Positions 1 through 12,240 of a stretch of 64,000 nucleotides of DNA are shown here, piece by piece. The DNA comes from Lama guanicoe (Eukaryota). The notes below the pieces were generated by a model. It ran no database searches. It saw nothing but the letters and a program-made list of their open reading frames with translations, and was not told where the DNA came from. The translations under genes and the position numbers were made by a program. The stretch lies in the NCBI GenBank assembly GCA_013239625.1, contig MU053574.1:433844-497843 (forward strand), read 5' to 3'. Numbering within the stretch: the first letter of the stretch is position 1; each line of letters starts with the position of its first letter.

Positions 1-1328
1 AAAATGACACTTTTTATTACTGTTCATAAACGCCAGTCTCCAGGTACTGCTGGGATATTACGTTTAAGCTGTGGGCAAACTTGCCAGTCCAGTGGCTCAA
101 CGGGCGAGGGCGAGAGAGGCTGGTGTTTAGTGCCTGCTGCCATCAGGCAGTGCAGCTCTGCTGGGCTCCCTGGCTGGCAGGAGAGCGGGGGGTACAGGCA
201 GCGGGGACGGGGAGGGGCGACTTCAGAACAGTCCCCTCCCGCCCTGTGGGAGCGAGAAAAGGGCCGACGCTTGATCAGTTACTGCAAGATATTCAGGGGA
301 ACTGAGTAATCGTTCCTCGAAGGGATGCTGCATCAAGGTGTAACCGGAGCTCCACCCTCCTGGGTACCAGCTCTGGCTCCTCTCTGGCCAGTGCCGGCTC
401 TAGAACAGGGGCCTCTTTCTTGATTTTACAATAGGACTGAGATTTCCATGCTAGACCTTCCGATGAACACCTCTAAACTGCTGGCAATCCTCAACAGGTG
501 AACTGGTTGGGCTATTTTAGAAATTTAACAATTTTTTCCTCCTTTTAAAAATTATCTTTTCATTTCGTTTTCTACACATTCTTCGAATGGATAAGGAACA
601 CTCTGTAGGTCAGTCCTGGATACTTTAGAAAGAATTTGGTGTTACAATCCCATGAGTATACGAAGTGCTGGTCTCCGTGATTCCTTTGGATGGGGGAGCT
701 GGCGGCGGGACTTGGGGTGAAGGCTGCATTTAGAAGTAATAAGAGTATACAGTAATAATACATAAGATGCCAGTCGTAAGAAAGCCTTTCAAATTTTGTA
801 ACTTTTGCATGTATTAAGTATTCAAAAAAATTTAATATAATTAGGAAAAATTTTTCCTAGTTAAAATGTCTGATGATTTAGTTTTTCATAAGAAAATGAT
901 AGACAGTGATCCTGTCTTAGTTTGTTCACTCATTCTCTCATCCACTAATTTACACAACAAACGTGTGTCCACGGCCTTCTGTGTGCCAGGTGCTGTGCGG
1001 GGCCCCACGGCTCTACTGGCAAAGAGAACAGGTCCCCTGCCCTCTGTTTCATTACAAGCTACACAGTAGAATCTGCGATTATATTGGGTTTATTCAAGTG
1101 AAATTATATTGGGTGAATTAATTGTGGCTGGTAGATTTTTTTTTTTGAGGAATTTGAAAAAACCCACACAACTGTAGATTTAGGTTGTTCGTGTCTGTTG
1201 TGCTATGCTGGTTGTGTGTCCATCACTGCCTGGCAGACTGAACTGCACAGGACAGTCGTGAGGCTGCGGCAGCTGGGGCAGCCGAGCCCCCACCCTGACG
1301 GCCTCCCTCCCCCTCACCTGTCTTTCAG

Positions 1329-1497
1329 CCCTGCAGTCCTTCATCCGGGCCTATGCAACCTACCCCCGGGAGCTGAAGCACATCTTCCACGTCCGCTTGC
1401 TCCACCTCGGGCACGTGGCTAAGAGCTTTGGGCTAAGAGATGCCCCCAAAAATCTTAGTGCCTTGTCTGTAAAGAAGAAGAAAGCAAACCTGAAGAG
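1329..1497 (+). CDS. DDX31: DEAD-box helicase DDX31, penultimate coding exon
   Basis: Acceptor tttcag| and donor ag|gtaag. Translates (A)[55 protein letters not shown](R), the recognisable DDX31/Dbp7 C-terminal extension motif ([13 protein letters not shown]). It ends in phase 2, matching the next exon. Confidence 0.93.
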
Positions 1498-4400
1498 GTA
1501 AGATGAGCTGAATTGGGCCTATGACAAGCAGCTGAGGGGCAGATGGGTTTAGAGAGCTGTGTTCAGGTGGGTAGGGGTGGTATGGTGTGGTGGGCCGCCG
1601 TGTGCCCAGTGTGAACTCTTCCAACTTGGGTTTTTGCAGTAAATTATCACTGGTATCTGCTCTTCTCTCCATGTGATAAGTGCCGGGAACAGCAGGAGAA
1701 CTGCCTAATCTGAATGCTTGCAAGGCACCTGCAGAAATTCGGTGGTCTCCTGTTGTGCCCAGAGTAGTGGGGATTATTGGAGCAGCAAGACAGATCTGTT
1801 GGGCTGTCTTCACTGCCCACTGGTAGAGTAACTCGGAGACGCCGCAGTCAGACCTTCTCACGTGGTCCTTGCTGGAAAGCCTCTGACCTGCGCAGGGCGG
1901 CGTGTTCCATGAAACTCGGGGAAGCAGCCAGGCTCCCAGGGCCGCGTGCCGCTCTCCTTGGTGCTGATGCGCCTCCAATGCTGAGCACGACTAGAGACAA
2001 GCACAGTGGGCTCTTCTCACGACCACCCCCCCCCCGACCCTGCCAAAAAGCGTGTTAGGAACTGTCCAGGGGTCCTGGTGAGAGGAGAGTCAGAGTGAGG
2101 AGTGTTGCCCTGCTGGTTAAACACTGACCTCTGAGTCCATCTTCACAGTGTCAGGAGGTCCTGAGATGATTTTCCTCAAAATACATTTGTAAAAGGTTTT
2201 CTTTCTCTCCTCAAAGACAGGGTGTTCTTTTAGTGCCAGACCCAGCCCCTTGAGGGAACCAGAGTATTTTAGATGCCAAGAGCTGCTTTTATAGGAAATT
2301 TGGGATGGATTGCTGTTACTGCTTGTGGGATGTGTGGGTGGGAAGTATGCACAGATCAAATGTTGGGGCACAGAGAACCCTTGAGTCCTCTGGATGGTTA
2401 TCCTGCATCGTGCAGCCTTCTTTCTGCGTATGAATCACAATCGCCGCTGTACACTTGCCCTGGCACCGAGAGTCTGCAGGTAGCTCCACACTTTCCCACA
2501 TATTCCAGCACAGTGTCTGTCTTGCGTATTCACCAAGGTGTGCTGGTTGTATCATCAGCCTCATCAGGCCCAGTTCCCCTGGTGTGAAATGACAGGAGGG
2601 CCACCCAGTCAGGGAGGTGACCGTTGGTCTTAGGGTCAGGAAGCGTGGACTTACTTCCAGCTCCAGTCCCGTGTGAGCCTGTAAGCTTTGGACCGTTTCT
2701 CAGAGCCTCATTTTCGTCAGCTACAAACGGGAAGAGGAAGTCTGTTCACAAGCATCAGGATCAGGTGATGCACATGACTCTGCCCTTTGAACCTTAAAGG
2801 GCCGTACAGATGAAACACCTTAGGACAGAGAGTAGAAGCCAGAAGAGTTAAGATTCCAGAACATCCAACTTGATCTGTCCAGGGACTTGGCGCCTACACG
2901 GCTCTTTATAATGGATAGAATGTTGCCTAATTCGGATCCCCATTTTGGAATTTTTGAGATGCTTGGGGTTTTTTTGATTGTTTGTTCTATCAGTCCCTCG
3001 CAGACAGGACAGCACTCCAGTAATTCTGTGAGGCAGACATTTCTCCACACACTGCTGTTCTCCGATGCCCTGACAAGGCTGGCACGTCCGGCTCTGGTTT
3101 CTTCGGGGTAGTTTGGGGTGCAGAGCACTGCCTGCTGCGACACACTGCGTGCCTCGGCCCACCCTCTGCTAGAGCCCGGTCCTCCCAGAGGGAGAGGGTG
3201 CCTCAGCTCCTCTCCAGATTTGGGGCTGCCCTGCACCAGAGTTAGGGTCCTGCCTGTGGACCAGCACAGTGTCTGGTTTGGGGTGGCCGATATCTGCATG
3301 TAGTAGCTGATTTTGAGTTGGGACAGAACCATGAGGCTTGCAGTCAGATGCGGGCGACCCCCTCGCGGTCTGGAAACCTAGCCGTCCTGTCGCCCTCTCT
3401 AAAATGCCAACACTTGGAGAAAGTAGTACCAGGACGGCCAGATGATTACTGGTAAGAAACACACATTCCCTTCACTCCTCTTCCTGCAGATAAATGTGAC
3501 CCCAATATTTTATTGCGAGCAGGCACTCTACCTTTCCGACCGGGAATTTCATTAGCAAGTGTTCGCCCAGGCAGCAGCCCTGCCGACGACCAGGTGTCCT
3601 CAGCTCCTCTCCAGATCCTGGAAAGCAGAGCAATGAGGCGGGAGGTGCTGGGGGGACTTGGAGCCAGCGTCGCCCTTCCCTTGGGAGGCCACTAGGGAGC
3701 GAGCAGGCCGCCCCTCCTGCCTCCGCTGACCCTCGCTGGCAGATGGGCGCCAGGGCTGCCGCGCCCCTGTGAGCGGGGATTTAACAGGGCTTTATCTGGG
3801 GAAGAATGGGCTGATTAGCCGATAAAGAGCATGTAAGATGGTACGGGGCAGCCTTTGATGTCTGGCTGGCGCGGCAGGGAGCCTGGTGGTGAGTGACAGC
3901 AGCGTGTCACAGGATTACTCTGCCCGTGACAATGCCGCTCTCTGTTCTTGCCATGTCACCACTCTGTTCCAGCTACTTTTTCCGTTGTTACGCCCTTCTT
4001 TTGAAGGCATTTCTCCCCACACTCCTTCCATCCTCCCACCGCAGCCCTGCCTCGCTGATGCAGACGGGCACTCGAAGATACAGTAGGTACCTTTTTTCGC
4101 TGGGGAAACCTGTCACTCCTGGAGGAAGAATGACTTTGCAGCTAATCTGCACGGGAACCGTATAATTGTGGGCAGGGTGAGCCACAGAGGGGCTTGACAG
4201 ATTGTCCTCACCTCAGTCAGGGCTCAAGCAAATGCCAGTTGCTGCTTTTTGAGGACGGAAAAAAAGGTCCATTAAACCCCCACAAGTGTGGAGAGTTAAC
4301 GCCATGGCCACAATGATTGTTTCTGAGCTGAGGCGTCTCCTCCGAAATCCATCTGTCAAGAAAGAGAATGGGTTCCTTATGTCTTGTATGGCGGGATAAA

Positions 4401-7400
4401 ATAATAGCACTAAATTCTCTAAGTTATTCTGCATTCCATTTTATGGTGTTTACTGCCTAGAATAATGACGTTACGTGCAAACCAAATTGGTCAGACTAAG
4501 CAGAACCCTGCCCCGCCTGCCACACCCCAGACAAGAAGTTCAGCCAGGTGTCAGCGTGTGAAGCAAGGGCAGGTCAGGCGAGGAGCCTTGTGGGCCTTTC
4601 CGTGCAGTGACAGGAAGTTTTTATCTCATCTCTGTGCCTTAATGCCTTTACTGGACCGCTGCTCGGAAAAAGAAAAACAGTTAATGTCCCCAAACGAGAT
4701 CTTAATCACTAGGTCTCTGACTCCTTTTTGGGCCCTCAGTTCTGAAAGGGAACAGTGAGTGTCTTCCCTCTGTGCCCAGAAATACAGTCACAGTCACAGA
4801 CTCTTCTGACACCGACACGGGAGCCTGTTAGAGCAGCCCCCGCCCCAGACGCCTGCATACACGTGCACACCGAGAGCCGGTGCTGGGGGTGAAATATTGA
4901 GTGGCCCCTTGGCAACATGCATCATGAACACAGCATTTTCCTCCCGTGAAATGCAGTTCTTATTTTGAAGCTAGACAGATGCCGCAGTGCCTGAGAGGCA
5001 ATGGTAACGTACCTTCCAAAATTGCCGTCTTCCCAGGAGACGCTGAGACCCAGCACCACCGGCTCTGAGCGGGCGCACCTGTGCTGTTTGCCGGGGTGTC
5101 TGTCTGTCTGTCTGTCTAGGCAGTCACACAACACCACACCCAGTGGGGGCTGCGAATGCCCCATCTGTTTGACACTCTGTGGTTCAAGAACGTAGAAACC
5201 AACGATCCCCAAGGTCTTAGTGTTTCTGTGACAGTAAGAGCGAGCGAGTCTGTTGGTTCTCAGCCAGTCTGTCTCATTTGGATTATGTGCTGTAATTAGA
5301 AAAAGCACTGCTTTCCCCCAAACAGCTTCACTGTGGTGACCTAACACGGGCCTCCCCCCGGCTCCTGCCGTCTGCGTCTTTCTGATGCCGTTCTTAGTGC
5401 TTGGAAACGTTTTCGTACAAATTTTCTCAAACCAGCCGGCCCCGCTAAGTGTTACCTAGTAGTTCTGACTTATCAAACAGGTAAACAGCCTGAAATTAGA
5501 GATCGCTCCCGCCTTAGTACTTACTGGACCTGGGCGTGCCCAGTCGGGGCTCGGCAGGCTGGGCTCAGGGATGAAGGGGGGGGGCCAGTCCCCTGGGTCC
5601 CGGCCCCACATCCCAGCCACCACCCCCGGCTCCACTGAGCACGTCCCTCACCTGTGACTTCCAAACTTGTCATTTAGCGTCCTCTCTGAAATAAGGAGAC
5701 GTGCTTAGGGTGGTCATGTTTGCCAGACTTTCCTCACCTGTGAAGTGCTTTATCCTTCAGGTTCAAAGTAGAGAGTTTGCAGTCCTCCATTTGGGGGGCA
5801 TTTTTCCTCATTGAAGGCCTTTGCCCTGCCCCTCCCTGGGATTCTCGTCCTTGCTTTTTCAGTAAGTGTTTTGTAACTTGTAAGAGTCACTGTGCAGAAT
5901 ATACCCTGGTTGGAGAAGTCTGTACCCCTGCTAGCCATCTCCCTGCCCCAGCCCCCCTTTCCCTGCCCCCGGCCCCCCTTTCCCTGCCCCTGGCCCCCTT
6001 GTTCCTTAAAGGCTGGCTGTGGGAGTGTCACAGTGGTTACGAGTCAGGGCCTTACTCACACAGGCATCTGGGTTGAGTCACCGTTTCTGTTTCTATGGAC
6101 CAGTGACTCGGCGCCTCTGTGCCTCAGTCCCCTCACCTCTCAGATGGGGGCCCCAGAGCCTCACAGCTGTCTGGGGACCAAGCCAAATGATGTGGATCAA
6201 GCGTCGACACGGTGCCTGGGACGCGAGCACGGGGGAGCACTTGCAGATACGATGACAAGGACAGCAACATTGGTCCTTCTCCCCAGCCCTCATCATTCTT
6301 AGAAGTGCCCCTGTTAGCTGACAGCCTTTTAGCACCTTGAACTTTTCTTATCAGGAACCACCTTGAGAACACGGTCCTTCCAAGACGCGCACTCAGACAC
6401 TGCAGCCGCATCTCCCTGCAAAGCAATATTCTCATCATTGCAAGCAGCTTGCCTGCCAATTTTTATGTGGCATTTACAGCCTCCCTAATATCACTTAATT
6501 AGCTGAAGGCAAACCTGGAGTATTGCCCGCTGTGAGAATCTCAGTTTCGTTCAGCCAGTCGTCATTTTGTAAAAGGACAGATTGGCCAGACAGGAGAGCA
6601 GAGGCTGGGCACAGCCACCCTCGGAGGCCCAGGGCTTCTCCTCGGTCTCGGAGCAGCGTGCAGCTCTCCGGCCCTTGGCCTCCTTGCCTTGCTCTCTGTA
6701 GCTTTGAAACCCCATCCTCACCTGTCCCCTCAGCTTCCCTTCTGGAACCGTCTGCCGCTGTGTTTCCCGCGGCCACTCTGCGCCCCTGCCCAGTGCCGGC
6801 AGCTACAGGGCCTCCACCCCCAGGGAAGCCTTGCCCTGGCTTCCAGCCCTTCAGTGATGTCTCGTTATTCCCATGATGAAAACACCCCCTGGGTCCCCAT
6901 TCTCTCCTCAGGCCTTCGCCAAATGTGCTGTAAGCCTGGACCGCCCTCTGCTCCTCTTCGCCTCTGGGCCCCCGTCCCTTCTGTGGGGAAGGCGTCTCTG
7001 ACCCGCCTGCCCGAGGGACATTGTACCCCCATCCTTGTTTGGCAGCTCTGCCCCGTCCATGATGTTTGTGTGTGTGGTTCGTGTCTGTCTCCTCTGGCGT
7101 GTGGCTCCAGGTGGAAACCCCTGTCTGGTGTTCCCCGTCGCAGCCCCAGCACCTACCTGGCACACAACAGGTGCTCAGGACGCATTTTTGAATAGGTGAC
7201 TAGAACCTGAGAGCATTCTGTAATTCTGAAAGGAAGAGCATGAAGGGAAAGATTAAAAAGGAATTGTTCTGACATAACGACCAGGGAAATGCATCTTAAT
7301 TGTTCAGTGAACTCGGCAAACAGCAGACCCTGCCTTTCAGAGTCCCATCCACTCCCTGTCCGTCCGTCCTGAGAGAGCGAGCCCTGGGGCACGTTCCTCT

Positions 7401-10400
7401 TCGCATAAAATAGTCCCCCAAAAGGACCGGCCTTGGGCCCTGTTTCCCTGCTGTCACAGTAGAGGCGGGTAGGGAGTGGGGTCTCCACTCGGCCTGGGGA
7501 CCAGAGGGGAGCAGCCAGGACCATGGTGGTGACTGAGGACAGACATACATGTCCTGTGGAGCAGGGGACAGACTCTGCTCTCAGAATCTGCTGGGAGTGG
7601 CCAGGCCCCAACCCAGGGGACCACGTGAAGCCTGGAATCCAGAGAGTGAGAGGAAGGCCATTCTGACCCCCCAGCCTCCAGCACCTAGACCAGGTCAGCC
7701 CCTCAGAACATGAAGGAGAGTGGTCCTCAGAGCAGGGGCTGGGTGTCCTCCTTAATGCAGAGGGCCAGCAAGGTGCTCACCAAGTGTCCTTGTGGCCTGG
7801 ATGTGGGTTAGGGCTAAGTAGGGGTATTTAACACAGAACCTGGCTCAGCTGCGCAGACTCTGCATGAGGGCGTGTTCGACTGGCCCCTCCATCAAGGGCG
7901 ACGAGATGGGTGACTTTGCCTCCACACTAGACTGTCTCCTTGGGACATTTGTTCTGAGGAGAAGTGTCCAGACTGGGACAAGGGACAGGAAGAGTGCTGT
8001 GGACGGTGGCTGGGTCTCTTCTGGTTGGAGAACACCTGGCACAGAGCAGTCCCTCGGGGACGATGTGTCAGACGAGTTCCTGGCTGATTATGGAGTTGCG
8101 CCCCGCGTTGCATTCGGGTGGTGCCGCATGGGCCTGCCCTCCCGCTCCCCGCGCCCCGGCGCAGCTCCTGGTCGCTCCTGCCGCCCACCCTGCGGCAGGG
8201 CCCCGCTCTGATGACAGCTGTGCCTGCACAGCCCTTTACACCTGGCCCCTGCTTCTCCCACGGTTTGTCTCTACCTGACACCGTGCAATTACCAGCTCTC
8301 TGCCTCCTCGTGGAACACACACACCCTCGTCCCCACTCGGCTAATGAGGCGATTAGGGGGACTTCACAGTGACCCTCGCTTCCTCCACACCTGGGTCACC
8401 TGCAGACAGCGGGGACCACAGGATGTGCTTTCAGCCAGGCAGTCAGGGCTGACAACAAAGAACAGGAACCGGGCCAGCCTCTCCCGGGAGGATGCCCGAG
8501 ACGTCAGTCACCGTTGAGCCTTCCAAGCACTGAAATTGGAAGGTGCGGCCAGCCCAGCACGAATTGGCAGATGCTGGACGAGGCTGCGCGCGACAGGAGG
8601 AGACCCGACTCTAAACCGCGTTGTCCTCGCCCGGGCTCTTCTCGTCCAGACCATTTGAGAAATCAAGAAAGAAAGCCGCGTACCCCCCGCCCCTGCTGCA
8701 TACACACTGTTTGGTTTCTGTTACCCCGGAGTCCTCCTGTCGTGGGGACAGCCACTCCCTCCTCTGACCTCCGCCCACGTTCCCGGCCCCTTTCTGAGTG
8801 GGAGGTGTCCACTGCCAGCCCCTCCACGTGCCCTTTGCTTTAGTGACCCCAGAGCCTTTCCATCTGCTTAGGACCCAGACGGAATGACCCCGGGTCTTTT
8901 TCAGATGTCATCTCCATCCTGGCCCTGATGTTATAGCCAGCAGTCCAAAATGTGGACTCACGTCTTAACTACTTAACAGTCAAGGAGAGGGGTGTGGTTG
9001 GAGAGAACCGACATCCCGGAGTGACGGCGTGTGACTCTGCCTGGTAGTCTTAAGTTCTCTGGTGGCACGAGGCATCTGCCTTGAGGGCTTCTGTGTGCCC
9101 TTGGGAGCGCTGAGCCCACGGGCACCCTCTCACTGAGCCCTCATCACGTGCCCGGGACCAAGGCAGGGTCCCCAGTAGCTGAGGAGGAAGTGGCTGTGCC
9201 CAGTCGCGTGGCACTGGGAATGAGACCCCAGGGTCCACACTCCCGGCGCTTGACTGCATCTTTGCCTGCACCCCTTTGAAAGCTTCTGGTTTCTCGAATC
9301 AGCATTGGGCTAAGTAGCAAGTAGATAAATTCTGTTAATGGTGTTTCTTTCTGGGAACAGATCATTCTTTGTGTAACCAAAGAAGTGGACTTAAAGCAGG
9401 AGACATTTTGGTGCATAGATGCAAGAATTTGATTTGAAGTCAGAGTAGCAAACCCTGGAATGGATCGTAGAAACTTGTGCTCATGGGGCAGTCATGTCGA
9501 AAGATTTTTGAGACACCTGTGGGCAAGATGTGGATCTGACTTTTTCTCTAGTTCCCTTCCAAGTCTGGAGGCAGAAGGACGCGGTGGAAGAAGCCTGGGC
9601 TTGGGGTCGGGCTGTCCTGACCTTGGTCCCGACCCTGGCGCTGGCCTGGAAGTCTGGGTCCCGGGGGGTCGTGTGGGACACGGGAAGAGATGATGGGCAC
9701 GCGGCACCTGGCGCATGATGAGCACGGAGTGGTTGTCCGTTAGGCCTCTGCTTCAGCGCTCCCTGCAGTTGGGGGTTCGCCACCCCCACAGTGGGCCCTG
9801 CTCCCTGGTAGAGCTCTTGAAATGGGCCGAAATTGACCACTTTCATTTCCCACCCTTTGGTCTCTGAGATTCAGATGCCGAATGTGTGCGATTGATTTAC
9901 AAACATGAAAATACAAGGTGGTGTTGTCATTGATCAAAGGAGGCATCGGCGCAGCGTGTGGCTCGGGTGGAAACTTGGTGGCTCAGTCCCTGCCTGTTTG
10001 CACATGTGGTGATCCAAGCCCCCGCCTTCTCTGGCCGGAGAACAGGGCCTTGCGCCTGCCCCGGCTCAGTGTCACCTTGCGGCTGAGGCCCGTCCTTTTG
10101 GTCTGTTGGGGTGCGGTGGGTACTCTGTCATCCAGCATGTCAGCTGTCCCTGCAGGCGTCTTTCCGTCTGCAAAGGTGATAAATAGGCCTCATGACGTCA
10201 TTCGAATCGTTAATAATGGTGGCGCGAGCGGGACAGGCCCAGAGGGTTTGGTGCCAGAATTTGGCCCCAAGCTTATCCATCTCCGTCAGTATCTGTAGGA
10301 TGTAATCACACCAGTTACAGGAACACGAACTGTTCTCGTGTCCACCCAGTATTTCTCCATCTTAACATGTTCACAGAGAATTTGCTTTTATAAAGCACTC

Positions 10401-12019
10401 TAACACGCTCTGGTTCGCTGTGCCTCCATGCTGGCCCTGTACCCGCCTGCAGGCCCCTTCTGACATGTGAGCGAACCAGGCTCAGGGGAAGCTGCGACCC
10501 TGCGCGGTCATCAGCTAGGTCAGCGCCAGGGTCCAGCCAGGGTCATCGGAACCTGGGCCCCGTGCCTCCGCCCCGGCATGGCCACCTGCTGTGTGCCGTC
10601 CATGCCTCAGTCCCGACAGAGCTCCTGTGGAGGTTTCTGGCACTTGGGCCAAGTAATCTCAAAGCTCCAGCCACTTCTGGGGTCCTGACTCAGTGCTTCA
10701 CTTTCAGACATCGGCCATCTCTGAACGTAGCCCCTCTCCCCTCTGCCACTGCTCCCGCCTTTCCAGGCAGCAGGTGGATCGTGGGCTCTACCTGCCGACC
10801 GCCTGGGCCTGCCCGGGGCTCGGGGCTCCTTCGTGTTCTTCACTGGGTCTGGTTCTTGGGTGTGAGGCAGAGAGCCCTTTTTTATTCTTCTCTCAGGGGT
10901 TTTGCTGTAATAGCCACGGCCCCAGCAGGGCTTACCTGGGCGGAAGTGTCTCCTGGGGCCCTGGCAATTTTACAAAAGCCAGAGCCAGTTTGATCCTAAG
11001 AAATCACAGAGAAGGTTCCCCTAAAATGGTCGTCCTACCAGCCGGCATCTCTGCCAATACAGAACCCAGAGGTTTAAAGAGCCCTGAGGTAGCTCCTCTT
11101 CCTTCGGTGACCGAAGAGGTTTGAGAGCGTGTTGCCCTTCGGTAGGCTGAATGATCACCCCGCGCTAGCGGGTTCTGTCCTTGACCTACTTCGTGGCACC
11201 AGAGAGACTGCTTGTCAGGTTCTCCATGGACTTGGTCACTCTGTCATCTGAGAGCCACTGAAACCCTGCTCAGACTTTTCTTCCTCCGTGAAGGTGAGGC
11301 AGGAGCAGAACCTGGCCTCAGACCACCTCAAGTTGTCACTGTCTCCTCGTGGTCACTTAGAACCCAGGCCTTTCTTTCAGTCGGGGGCCTTCCTTCTCCT
11401 GCAGAGTCCTCGGGGCCTCACCCTGGCCCTCAGCCATTCGCTTACAAGCAGGATTTTTCAAATTAGAGGAAGAAATACACCTTGCCAGTCTTCTCTCTGT
11501 TTTAATTATACTGTAAGAGAAAAATCCCTCACAAAATCAAACAAACTGGAAGCCAAAGGCAAAGAGGTTTTCATTAGTAAAAACTTAAATACTCTGATAT
11601 TTCAGCATAGGATAATATGCTGCCATTTTTTTTCCCCCAAAGTGAACTTACTATTTTTCTTGATTATAAAAATAATACATTTTTATTGTAAAAATTCAGG
11701 AAAAAGATAAAAGTTTAAAAATCACACAATAAGCTCACAGTCCAAGTTAATTTTGATTCACAGTTTTTATCATTCTCACTTTCTCTGCATATATACATAT
11801 ATGGATTTTTTTTAATATCTATAGTGAGATTGAGCAAATCTTGATTTTAAAAGTGCTTTTTTCACTTCAGTTATCCAACTGTGTTACAGTGCACTCTCTC
11901 GGGGGTTCCAAAAGTCTTTGAGATTTGATACAATGCGGGCATTGCTTTGGTATTAAAAATATTTTGTGCAAGGAGCTTGCTCCTTATTTTGATAAAAACT
12001 TACAGCACGCTGGTAAAGG

Positions 12020-12240
12020 TGTGTCACGGAGTCAGAAGTCCTGGGCTCAGATCCCATCTCCTCCCTGGACGTGTTACTCAACCTCTCTGTGCCTCGGTTT
12101 TGTCACCAGTAAAGTGGGAGTGCTCGTAGTGCCTGAAAGTTTCACGGGTGTTCAGGTGTGTGGGCTAAATGCCTCCCAAGTGCTTAAAACTACCTGCCAT
12201 AAGTAAGGGCCATGTAAGCGTTCATAATACCATTGTTATT
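12020..12240 (+). mobile_element. MIR SINE
   Basis: GGAGTCAGAAGTCCTGGG...CCTCTCTGTGCCTCGGTTT...AGTAAAGTGGG core. Confidence 0.7.

Noticed and set aside
1..800. Possible further DDX31 exon at the window start
   Set aside because: No translation resembling a helicase; treated as intron.
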